A stretch of 64,000 bases of DNA, from positions 439-64,438 of IMG/VR virus record IMGVR_UViG_3300043443_000284. One strand, written 5' to 3'. The notes beneath the pieces were generated by a model. It did no database searches and had not been told where the DNA came from. It saw nothing but the letters and a program-made list of their open reading frames with translations. Position numbers and translations under genes: made by a program. Below are positions 36,527-44,662 of this stretch, piece after piece. The stretch's first letter is position 1; the number at the start of each line of letters is the position of its first letter. This DNA is from a virus. Its lineage: Duplodnaviria > Caudoviricetes.

Positions 36527-36781
36527 ATGAGATTTAAATATGAAGTTCTTTATGGGAGCTTAGTTATTGAAGCGCTCCTTAAAGAGAAATTGATTACAAA
36601 AGATCATTACGATCATATGTGGGAAGTATTTGTCGATCGAGGTAATGAATTGACATATACATTGATTGATTTAGCTGATGTTTTAATTAATCTTGAGCAA
36701 GTTGATTGCGAAATGATTGTTAATTACATGACAGCCAACCATAACTTAATTGAGTTTTACACCACTAAGCTCGCTATCTAA
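36527..36781 (+). CDS. Hypothetical acidic protein
   Basis: Abuts upstream stop; AGGA SD. Confidence 0.6.
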   Translation: MRFKYEVLYGSLVIEALLKEKLITKDHYDHMWEVFVDRGNELTYTLIDLADVLINLEQVDCEMIVNYMTANHNLIEFYTTKLAI

Positions 36782-36787
36782 TGTTTG

Positions 36788-36837
36788 TGTGAGGGGTGCG
36801 TCTCACTAACAACGCATAGAAAAGAAACACAATCATC
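36788..36837 (+). repeat. Intergenic direct repeat copy 1 (pseudoknot-like leader)
   Basis: TGTGAGGGGTGCGTCTCACTAACAACGCA identical to 37338-37366, then A-rich leader. Confidence 0.92.
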
Positions 36838-37332
36838 ATGTCTACAGTTAACCTTTACACAAACTACTTCTCTGACCGCGTTGTTGCTAACCACGAGCGT
36901 TTGCTTGCTGGCACGCTTGGAGCGTACGAATACTACGAGTCTTTATGTCACGATGTACATATGAATATCAACGACAGTCGGTTCAAGGTCGTTTACAAGC
37001 TGCGCATTGACATTGCTGACAAAGAGAGTGTCGCATTACCTAAGCCAAAGGTAACCGTCGAGGTTACATTTGAAGCATATGAAAATGAAGATGTATCAAT
37101 CTGCTCACCATCTGCTAGTAAGACGATTAAGTATAACGTCACTATTACAACGGAAGAAATTACTGAGCAGGTGAAAGAGGCTATTGATAAGTACCGAGAA
37201 CTTATCAATGACTATCCTATGCCTCATCTTGACTTTGACTTCTGGACTCAGACTGCTAAGTTAATGAAGCAGTTTGATAAGAATGGTGCATCGACAGCAC
37301 GTGACAACTCAGACTTCCTTGAGTTGATCTAG
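36838..37332 (+). CDS. Hypothetical protein
   Basis: 164 aa between repeat copies 1 and 2; no SD. Confidence 0.75.
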   Translation: MSTVNLYTNYFSDRVVANHERLLAGTLGAYEYYESLCHDVHMNINDSRFKVVYKLRIDIADKESVALPKPKVTVEVTFEAYENEDVSICSPSASKTIKYNVTITTEEITEQVKEAIDKYRELINDYPMPHLDFDFWTQTAKLMKQFDKNGASTARDNSDFLELI

Positions 37333-37337
37333 ATTTA

Positions 37338-37381
37338 TGTGAGGGGTGCGTCTCACTAACAACGCACAGAAATAGAACACA
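37338..37381 (+). repeat. Intergenic direct repeat copy 2 (pseudoknot-like leader)
   Basis: 29-nt identity to copy 1; 3' 25 nt (to ATG) identical to 37686-37710. Confidence 0.92.
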
Positions 37382-37684
37382 ATGAATAAAACAACATGGT
37401 ATCAACGCAAAATCAGCCTTGATGACGGGACAGTGATATCCATCATCTGTACTGAAGACATAAGTTATGGTCATGCCGACAAACTGTTTGAGTGTGCATT
37501 AGTTGCACCAGATGGCAGCATAGATGACGAAAAACTCAAGGGCTACCTAGATTTTGATCAAGTAGCAGAATACATAAAAAACGCGAAGAAACAACACAAT
37601 GAGCAGGTAACCGAAACATTAAAACCGACAGAAAAATCACGAGGGACATATATATTTGGAGTGACTAATTACAAGGATTATTAA
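37382..37684 (+). CDS. Hypothetical protein
   Basis: ISII......SYG..D.LFE.A pattern seen in phage early proteins; no SD. Confidence 0.7.
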   Translation: MNKTTWYQRKISLDDGTVISIICTEDISYGHADKLFECALVAPDGSIDDEKLKGYLDFDQVAEYIKNAKKQHNEQVTETLKPTEKSRGTYIFGVTNYKDY

Positions 37685-37685
37685 T

Positions 37686-37707
37686 CAACGCACAGAAATA
37701 GAACACA
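37686..37707 (+). repeat. Intergenic direct repeat copy 3 (3' half only)
   Basis: CAACGCACAGAAATAGAACACA identical to 37360-37381. Confidence 0.9.
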
Positions 37708-37926
37708 ATGACTGACGAACAAAAGAAACATCGTTACTATAACTGGGTTCGTGAACAAAGATGTCTTAGTCTAATGCTTGGCAAAACGTGGGAAGAGCCA
37801 GTTAAAGAAGATGGTACCGATGAAGATGACATCAATATCTTATGGAATTTCTATACCAGTACCATCAAACGTCAATTGGATGAACTCGTAATTAAACTTA
37901 CAGAGTTAGAAAGAAAAACACAATGA
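37708..37926 (+). CDS. Hypothetical protein (weak paralog of 35365-35577)
   Basis: 72 aa after repeat copy 3. Confidence 0.65.
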   Translation: MTDEQKKHRYYNWVREQRCLSLMLGKTWEEPVKEDGTDEDDINILWNFYTSTIKRQLDELVIKLTELERKTQ

Positions 37927-38162
37927 CAAAACGAGATAAAGCACATATGGATGCAGTACTTAAGCATTGCAATCTTGATGTATTTACATACAGCCCCGGT
38001 GACGGCGTAACACGATACAAGTTTGCCCGTAAAGGTTTGTATGGCGATTACTTTGTAGCCAGTATTGGAGCGCAAGCCTGTGGATTTAGCGAGGCCATGA
38101 CATGGTTGTATGGCTATCAACAAGCACTTATGGATCATCACATGAATGGAGAGAAAATTTAA
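37923..38162 (+). CDS. Hypothetical protein
   Basis: YSPGDGVTRYKF...DYF pattern; coupled ORF. Confidence 0.7.
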   Translation: MTKRDKAHMDAVLKHCNLDVFTYSPGDGVTRYKFARKGLYGDYFVASIGAQACGFSEAMTWLYGYQQALMDHHMNGEKI

Positions 38163-38407
38163 TGAATAGAACAATCTGTTTGGTTAGTGTAGAAATGTTT
38201 AACGCCCCCGGAATGTTGCGGTGGGCACGTCACTTTTATCGTATGACGAACTGCTCAAAGAAAGACAAAAAGTATTTCTTGGGTGTGATGGAAGCATGGG
38301 TAACAGACAAGGCAACTGCAAAATATTGCCTTGAATGTCCTGATGATGTCATCGTATGGGATGACAAAGATGAGACTGTCACAATAACAATAAAGGTACC
38401 AAAATGA
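38162..38407 (+). CDS. Hypothetical protein
   Basis: TAATG coupling; start MNRTI. Confidence 0.6.
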   Translation: MNRTICLVSVEMFNAPGMLRWARHFYRMTNCSKKDKKYFLGVMEAWVTDKATAKYCLECPDDVIVWDDKDETVTITIKVPK

Positions 38408-38721
38408 GTTTTGAATTTAGACCTATCAAATATACGTTCTGGAATACGTTCCAAGACAACACACCAAACGATTTCGTCTGTACGTACATCGAACCGCATT
38501 ATGGTAACCCATGCTTCATCAAAATAAGACGTAAGCTTGCGGTCGAAATCGGATGCACTCGTCTGCGCAGAGGAGTTGAGTATCACAGAGGTGATATGGA
38601 ATGCTCTATGTGGAGTGAAAGACATGCTGTCATTGGCTATGCCGAAGTGTTAGCACCAGTAACAGTTGAGTCAAAAGCGCAAGCATTAGCAGTGTGTGAG
38701 TTTATGGAGTTGAAACAATAA
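38404..38721 (+). CDS. Hypothetical protein
   Basis: ATGA coupling. Confidence 0.6.
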   Translation: MSFEFRPIKYTFWNTFQDNTPNDFVCTYIEPHYGNPCFIKIRRKLAVEIGCTRLRRGVEYHRGDMECSMWSERHAVIGYAEVLAPVTVESKAQALAVCEFMELKQ

Positions 38722-39098
38722 TGAGTGAATGGTTTAGCTTGGAAGATCGTAACTTTTATAGCGACTATCGTGTTAGATGTATTGACGATCGATGGTGGAC
38801 AGAAATTGATGAAAACAAAATGTATGCTCGCCACAAATACGATACTGAAGATGGGTGCCAAGTGTGGCATCCATTTAAGTATGAGACCTGCCCTGTGTGC
38901 AGAGGAAAAGGCAGTCATGTCAATCCTAATATTGATTCTGGCGGACTAACCTTTGAAGACATGTATGACGATGGATTCAGAGATGATTATCTATCTGGTG
39001 TTTATGATCAGCCATGTAATTTATGCAGAGGCATACGAGTCATACCAATCATGAATGGGAAACCTAAATTGAAGGAGGTAAACAACACTGATGAATGA
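38721..39098 (+). CDS. DnaJ-type zinc-finger protein
   Basis: CPVCRGKG...CNLCRG.R motif pair. Confidence 0.7.
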   Translation: MSEWFSLEDRNFYSDYRVRCIDDRWWTEIDENKMYARHKYDTEDGCQVWHPFKYETCPVCRGKGSHVNPNIDSGGLTFEDMYDDGFRDDYLSGVYDQPCNLCRGIRVIPIMNGKPKLKEVNNTDE

Positions 39099-39492
39099 CG
39101 ATGACATATTTCTACAAGCATGGAATGAAATCATAGAAGACAAAGAGGTGGCACAAGAGTGCTACCTCTCTCTTTATGAACAAATACCTTATTATGGTGG
39201 GCCAGAGGAAGGAGGATGGTGGGGATACTTTCATATACTCAAACAGTATTGCAAGTGTCCAACACAAGAACACGCAGAAGAGTTACGCAAGAAGTTAGAA
39301 ATACACTGTAAAGAATTAACAGAAGAAGCAAAACGAGCCGATGGTGAGCATTGTTTGCATTACATAAAGCAAGCCGAAGCACGTAATGAAGATGTAGATG
39401 ATTATGGATATGACGGACCAATGTCATATTACGTAATCATCGAATCGGTAGCCGGACAAAATCAAGTAACAGAAAGAAGCCACTATGAATAA
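39091..39492 (+). CDS. Acidic early protein with YGGPEEGGWW motif
   Basis: GGAGG SD; motif recurrent in phage early proteins; function unknown. Confidence 0.7.
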   Translation: MNDDDIFLQAWNEIIEDKEVAQECYLSLYEQIPYYGGPEEGGWWGYFHILKQYCKCPTQEHAEELRKKLEIHCKELTEEAKRADGEHCLHYIKQAEARNEDVDDYGYDGPMSYYVIIESVAGQNQVTERSHYE

Positions 39493-40387
39493 CATGACAG
39501 CACAACAGTATCTCAACAAGTTTGGGCTTGACCCAGATCCAAATCTATTTACTAATGTACGCAATGGGCGAATCATGAGACCCAAGTACAACTCATACTG
39601 TGTATATGATGGCGTAAGCCAGTTAGATAAACAATCTCGTATCGTCTGCATTATGTCTAACTGTCAGACAAATAATGAGGACTGGAACATCAAGACTGGT
39701 GACATGATCCAGTCATACATAATCATGCGTGATGTGCATCCACAAGATGCAATCGACCAGCTACTTGACGGTTGCATTTGCGGTAATTGTACACATCGCA
39801 AGCGACGCAAGCGTCATACTCGCACTGCCAAAATCAAAGATGTGCGTACGTGTTACGTCAATATTGGCAAGGGCACTACTGCTGTTTGGGAATCATTCCA
39901 TAAGGGCAATATCCCAATCGTTTCCAGTACAGTTGCTGCAACTATACAAATGGTTGCTGGCAAAAAGTTGCGTATGGGTAGTTACGGTGATCCAGTTGCA
40001 GTTCCATACCCAATATGGGGCGACATGCTGCGCTACTCACTTGGACATACTGGCTATACACACCAATGGCGTGAGCGTATCGCACAACCATTCCGTGGAA
40101 TGCTTCAAGCATCATGCGACTCATACATTGATAGATGGGAAGCAAAAGATGCTGGCTGGGGCACGTTCCTAGTTCGTCCACATGATGGCTACATTGACAA
40201 ACGTCACACTGCTTATGCTCGTGGGTGTAAGCAGTGCCCAAGCGATCCTGTCATTAACGAGATCAGAGCAATACGCAATATGCTACCTATGATTGTGACG
40301 TGCAATACGTGCCCTGCGTCTCTACGATGTGATGGCGATAGCGATATCGTCATCCGTGCCCACGGCTCAGCTGCGCTGTGGGTTTAA
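39485..40387 (+). CDS. Cys-rich probable Fe-S/metal enzyme (DUF7227-like)
   Basis: N.KTGDM.Q, ICGNC.HR, CYV, R.GSYGDP, TGYTHQW, C..CP...C..C...C.G, AHG motifs. Confidence 0.65.
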   Translation: MNNMTAQQYLNKFGLDPDPNLFTNVRNGRIMRPKYNSYCVYDGVSQLDKQSRIVCIMSNCQTNNEDWNIKTGDMIQSYIIMRDVHPQDAIDQLLDGCICGNCTHRKRRKRHTRTAKIKDVRTCYVNIGKGTTAVWESFHKGNIPIVSSTVAATIQMVAGKKLRMGSYGDPVAVPYPIWGDMLRYSLGHTGYTHQWRERIAQPFRGMLQASCDSYIDRWEAKDAGWGTFLVRPHDGYIDKRHTAYARGCKQCPSDPVINEIRAIRNMLPMIVTCNTCPASLRCDGDSDIVIRAHGSAALWV

Positions 40388-40417
40388 TTAAACACAATAA
40401 AAACGAGGTAAATAAAC

Positions 40418-40831
40418 ATGTTCTATTCAATAGCTGATTATGACGAATGGTCATCTGACCATTGGGACGGACAAGGGCACTACACCAAAGATGGTGAGTG
40501 CTTATCGCCAGCGTGTGGCGCGTACTTTATGGCTGCGCTTGGTAAACGTATTTTCAAATCTATTGACGTGCGTTACACAGATGCAGCAATACGTAGATTT
40601 ATTTGTGAAGAGGAAGCACAAGGGGAGGTGAAAGTTACTGAGGATGAAATTACAAACTTCATTGCTTTAGTACAGTCCGTGTACCACGAACGCACCATAG
40701 AAGAATTTAATGAGGCTATGTGGGAATACATCTGTGACTCTACATACAGCGAGTGGAATGACATATTTAGTGCGCATGACTTAGGTTATGCATGCAAGTT
40801 AGAAGAACCAGAAGGGTGGCCAATAGGATGA
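40418..40831 (+). CDS. Hypothetical acidic protein
   Basis: GAGGT SD; D/E-rich. Confidence 0.7.
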   Translation: MFYSIADYDEWSSDHWDGQGHYTKDGECLSPACGAYFMAALGKRIFKSIDVRYTDAAIRRFICEEEAQGEVKVTEDEITNFIALVQSVYHERTIEEFNEAMWEYICDSTYSEWNDIFSAHDLGYACKLEEPEGWPIG

Positions 40832-41121
40832 CAGAAAAAGAATGGGACATTAAGGATTTAGCTTTTGAAAAAGCGTTGCGCAAACTGCGGGAGGAATTCC
40901 CGGAGTTTTATGTTGAAGCGTGGGGGCCATACGACTTTGTTTGTGGAGTAAGTCGAGATGAGTTTCTATCACACGACTTAATCATGGCCGAAATTATTGA
41001 GCGAGCAAACGAATGGCCAGATGTTGTAAATGAATTACACGAAGGGTTTGATGCTAACTATGGCACAAATTGGAACCGACTAGAAATTACAGTAAAGGAA
41101 GTACGACGCAATGCAAAATGA
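40828..41121 (+). CDS. Hypothetical acidic protein
   Basis: ATGA coupling, start MTEKEW; D/E-rich. Confidence 0.7.
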   Translation: MTEKEWDIKDLAFEKALRKLREEFPEFYVEAWGPYDFVCGVSRDEFLSHDLIMAEIIERANEWPDVVNELHEGFDANYGTNWNRLEITVKEVRRNAK

Positions 41122-41440
41122 TTACACATTTGAGCACATGACGCTCACAATCCAATCCATCAACACAGAGTGGTGGTACGAAATGATGATGGACATGATC
41201 CAATACAACGATTGGGTCAAGAATGTACGCACCGTTGAACATACAGATACAAACTGGGTGCTTGAGATTATTGATGATGAATGTGAAACACATCTCATAT
41301 CAGATTTAAATGTATTAGAACACTTACGAAAAGCATGGTCAATTGGAGACCGCACGTTTTTAGAGCCACAAAATATCGATTACGACATCATCGACTGCAT
41401 TGTGCAGGAGTTGTGCTTTGGTGAGTTAGTTTACGGTTAA
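41111..41440 (+). CDS. Hypothetical acidic protein with D..D.IVQ...FGE.VYG C-terminus
   Basis: C-terminal motif recurrent in phage early proteins. Confidence 0.7.
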   Translation: MQNDYTFEHMTLTIQSINTEWWYEMMMDMIQYNDWVKNVRTVEHTDTNWVLEIIDDECETHLISDLNVLEHLRKAWSIGDRTFLEPQNIDYDIIDCIVQELCFGELVYG

Positions 41441-41451
41441 GGAGTAAAACA

Positions 41452-41958
41452 ATGCCGAATTGGTGCGATAACACATTTATTGTTTCTGGTGACAACATCG
41501 ACGATGTAACAAAATGGCAAACAGAAAACACAACTGTAGATAAACACGGTCTCTACCAAGTAGATTTCAATGGATCAGTGCCAATGCCAGATGAAGAAGA
41601 TGGCAACAACTGGTACACATGGTCTCTGTCCAACTGGGGGACTAAATGGAATGCATGTTACGGATGCATACTGGAGAGCATTGGTAACGATAACGAGTTA
41701 CGGTATTCGTTCGACACAGCATGGGGGCCACCACGTGAATGGTTCATCACTATGAGTGCAAAGTATCCCAAGCTCAACTTTGTAATGCACTACTCAGAAC
41801 CGGGCATGTGCTTTGCTGGCACTATGTCTAGACAAGATGGTTACTTTGACGAAGTGCAGCGATGTGACGAAGACTTAACTGATGAAGACAAAGAAGCAAT
41901 GGGATACACACCATGTGAAGCATGTGGTGGTTGGGAAGAAGAATGTATGTGTGACTAA
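41452..41958 (+). CDS. YubB/Api92-like ferredoxin-fold protein (DUF1281-related)
   Basis: MPNWC.N, W...NWGTKWNA, FDTAWGPP, YSEPGMCFAG signatures. Confidence 0.8.
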   Translation: MPNWCDNTFIVSGDNIDDVTKWQTENTTVDKHGLYQVDFNGSVPMPDEEDGNNWYTWSLSNWGTKWNACYGCILESIGNDNELRYSFDTAWGPPREWFITMSAKYPKLNFVMHYSEPGMCFAGTMSRQDGYFDEVQRCDEDLTDEDKEAMGYTPCEACGGWEEECMCD

Positions 41959-41967
41959 CGTCTGCGG

Positions 41968-41986
41968 TACAATATATGTATTACTT
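41968..41986 (+). promoter_or_regulatory. -10-like TACAAT followed by palindrome ATGTATTACTT
   Basis: Intergenic, upstream of recombination/replication operon; box at 41976-41986. Confidence 0.5.
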
Positions 41987-42005
41987 TAATGATTGAAAGG
42001 TTCGT

Positions 42006-42404
42006 ATGTTACAAGATTTAATTAATTTGCTGGATGCCATGAAAAAGAATAGTGATTACAAAGATGGGTGGGACAAACTAGAGCCATTAATTGGACTGAA
42101 TGGAGTTGTTTCTTTATCGTGGCCACAATGGCGTCTCAAGATTGTTACGTTCCGTATGCCAAAAGAGTGGGATGGCAGTCCTGAAGCAGCAGAAGATGTT
42201 CGTACTATAGATAATTTATTCTGGCACAACGATCAAATTATATGGATTACAGACAAAAACAAAAACATGTTTGATGAGTCAACATTAGTGCGTGTTACAG
42301 TAGCCGATCTAATAGATGAGTTTCTATCTGGAAAGTGGACTCCGCCATGGAAATGTGGCTATTGCGTTACACGACACAAAGGTTTACTTAGTCCTAAGTT
42401 CTAA
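42006..42404 (+). CDS. Hypothetical protein
   Basis: GAAAGG SD; 132 aa. Confidence 0.65.
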   Translation: MLQDLINLLDAMKKNSDYKDGWDKLEPLIGLNGVVSLSWPQWRLKIVTFRMPKEWDGSPEAAEDVRTIDNLFWHNDQIIWITDKNKNMFDESTLVRVTVADLIDEFLSGKWTPPWKCGYCVTRHKGLLSPKF

Positions 42405-42961
42405 TGCCAACACGACGCAGAAGTAATCATCATGCAGTGGCCTATACCATTAAAGGTTTAGGTCACTGTGTAACTGTCAATACTAAATTTACAGCCAAAG
42501 TTATTTATCAACTGTGGATTCAATTGGCACGCGAAAAACAAATGAAAGGATCCGTGACTGTATATGCATTAATGTCGCCAACGTCGTGGTCTGAATGGAG
42601 CCGTAAACATATCATCGCCCTAATGAATAACTCATGGAAGTGGCGCATGATGTGCAAGACAATTATTGATAATGAACAAACAAAAGAAATAGAAAGCAAC
42701 ACTAACTTTACAATTAGGGGTGACCTTTATGAATCAAATGCTGAATACACATACAAAGACTTGCCACATACAGTTCTTCATGCATTGCACATGTCAATGC
42801 TGTATCCCGAAGTCTTACAATTGTTATTGCGTGCACCTACCGCACTATCAGCTAAGGTAGCTATGAAAACAGCTAACTACATTACATGGCCTGATGGTAC
42901 AAAAATAGACCACATTGATAAAGTGTGGGAGTACTTACATCTTGAGGTCAAACGATACTGA
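42404..42961 (+). CDS. Hypothetical protein
   Basis: TAATG coupling; 185 aa. Confidence 0.6.
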   Translation: MPTRRRSNHHAVAYTIKGLGHCVTVNTKFTAKVIYQLWIQLAREKQMKGSVTVYALMSPTSWSEWSRKHIIALMNNSWKWRMMCKTIIDNEQTKEIESNTNFTIRGDLYESNAEYTYKDLPHTVLHALHMSMLYPEVLQLLLRAPTALSAKVAMKTANYITWPDGTKIDHIDKVWEYLHLEVKRY

Positions 42962-43055
42962 AAAGGAAGCCAAGATTGGTTGCCTGATTCAGTTTATAGC
43001 AGCAGTTATAACATTTACTTTGTTATGGATACACGAAAAGTTACAACGTAAATAG
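42942..43055 (+). CDS. Small membrane peptide (37 aa)
   Basis: TTG start after GGGAG; ...KIGCLIQFIAAVITFTLLWIHEKLQRK; TAGTG overlap with next gene. Confidence 0.4.
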   Translation: MRSNDTEKEAKIGCLIQFIAAVITFTLLWIHEKLQRK

Positions 43056-43438
43056 TGAGACAAAACAAAGAAGCTGTATTTCAACAGCAAGTTCGCACAT
43101 TGCTTTCAGCGTGTGGTTATACCGTCATAGAAGTAGGTAAGTCGAGAGGTAAGACTCGATGTCCTACATGCAAGACGTACCACTACTCTACGGGATGGCA
43201 AGGCAATACTATTGGTGCGCCAGACATATACATACACAGAAAAGAATGGCATGGGCTTGCTGTTGGGATAGAACTCAAAACAGAGAAAGGAGTAGTCCGT
43301 AAAGAACAACAAGAACTGGCAACACAAGAACTAACAACAATCTGCAGATCACTTGAAGATGTTGTTGATGTAATAAAACGAATAGATAGTCGAATGAATT
43401 TGGAAAGTAAATTGGAGAAGATAACTTGGATATTGTAA
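43055..43438 (+). CDS. VRR-NUC domain nuclease (resolvase-like)
   Basis: EAVFQQQV, GAPDIYI, IELKTEKG.VR.EQ PD-(D/E)xK signature. Confidence 0.85.
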   Translation: MRQNKEAVFQQQVRTLLSACGYTVIEVGKSRGKTRCPTCKTYHYSTGWQGNTIGAPDIYIHRKEWHGLAVGIELKTEKGVVRKEQQELATQELTTICRSLEDVVDVIKRIDSRMNLESKLEKITWIL

Positions 43439-44085
43439 AACGTTGGCCATTTGATGTTGATAACCATGACGTATGGCTTGACCTAGAGAGCCACAAGACA
43501 TGTATTATTGCGCGGTCAACTAATAGAAACAAAACAATATCATGCAGTACTAAAAACTCATGGATGTTTTGCAATGTATGGTCAAACAAACAAGACGCTA
43601 TTACATATTTAAATGAGAATGGTGAGGGGCCTGATGATTACACTCTTGAACAAATAGCATGCGCTGAATTCTTTAGTGTGTATAGAGCAGTCAATTACGA
43701 TGGAAAGATTATGCTTGTTACTGGCATTACATCTGGTTTACAAGTAACAACAACGTATGTACCAACGCAACGCCTAGTGACTGATCCAACAGTTATGTGG
43801 ATGTATGCAACGCAAGGCGATGACTTAGTCAAGCGTAACAATGCTCTCGTTGTTGCATTATCACCAGTAACATTAATGTCTGAATTGTATGACTCTACTG
43901 ATTCATTTGAAAATGATTTTGTAGAAGGTCAATACAAATTACACTGTTGCACGTTAATGGAACTATTAAAGTTGTGCGAGGATGTTTATACAGACGGAGA
44001 CGTTTACAACTTAAAACGGGAGATGTCATTCAGTAAAGTAATGCATCAAATGATGCTTGAGAAAGAGAGAGATACAAATGTTTAA
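43426..44085 (+). CDS. Hypothetical protein
   Basis: TTG start after GGAG; 219 aa; possibly two SseB-like halves. Confidence 0.6.
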   Translation: MDIVKRWPFDVDNHDVWLDLESHKTCIIARSTNRNKTISCSTKNSWMFCNVWSNKQDAITYLNENGEGPDDYTLEQIACAEFFSVYRAVNYDGKIMLVTGITSGLQVTTTYVPTQRLVTDPTVMWMYATQGDDLVKRNNALVVALSPVTLMSELYDSTDSFENDFVEGQYKLHCCTLMELLKLCEDVYTDGDVYNLKREMSFSKVMHQMMLEKERDTNV

Positions 44086-44662
44086 CCCACGCGATCACTT
44101 CATCAACCTTAAAGGTAAGCAATACTTGCCAGTCGCAGCTCGTATTGCTTGGTTCAGAGATGAATGTCCAGACTGGACAGTTAACACGTACGCAGTGCCC
44201 GAACTTTCGGGTGCTGACTACTGTACATTTGCAGGTGAAATCCTTGATAACAATGGGCGACTTATTGCCAAAGGTCACAAGACAGAACACGAAAAACACT
44301 TTGCTGATTACCGTGAGAAGGCAGAGACTGGTGCCATCGGTCGTGCTCTTGCGCTATGTGGATTTGGTACGTTGTTTGCCCAAGAGCTTGAAGAACCTAT
44401 TACTCCAGCTGGTGACATGCGTATTGTAGATGCACCACAACCAAATAAGGCACCTGCACTTACACCGGGTAAGCAGTTTGCTTTTGAGTGTAAACGAATA
44501 TGGGGAGCAGGTATCACACCAAGTGATATGAAACGTGTATTCTTTAAGTTAGCAGGGCATAACGACACTAGCGATGAGAATCTTAGGTTAGTTGTTGAGG
44601 TGTTGATGGGATTCAATACACCGGAAGAAGCAGAGTCGGTGTTCTTGGCAGAGGAGGAATAA
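44078..44662 (+). CDS. Rad52/Sak-like single-strand annealing protein
   Basis: KGKQYLPVAARIAWFR...A.GH..E...EKAETGAIGRALA.CGFG signature. Confidence 0.75.
   Translation: MFNPRDHFINLKGKQYLPVAARIAWFRDECPDWTVNTYAVPELSGADYCTFAGEILDNNGRLIAKGHKTEHEKHFADYREKAETGAIGRALALCGFGTLFAQELEEPITPAGDMRIVDAPQPNKAPALTPGKQFAFECKRIWGAGITPSDMKRVFFKLAGHNDTSDENLRLVVEVLMGFNTPEEAESVFLAEEE

Noticed and set aside
36788-36830. preQ1-I riboswitch
   Set aside because: It is a small pseudoknot with an A-rich tail, but it lacks the preQ1 loop nucleotides and 3' consensus, and downstream genes are not queuosine-related.
36788-37710. Mini-CRISPR array or solitary CRISPR repeat (RNA anti-CRISPR)
   Set aside because: Repeats are 326-550 bp apart and separated by whole genes, and they lack resemblance to the CRISPR repeat ends I know.
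42404-42961. NADAR (ADP-ribose glycohydrolase) domain
   Set aside because: Only a faint LL.APT...AK resemblance; the other NADAR motifs are absent.
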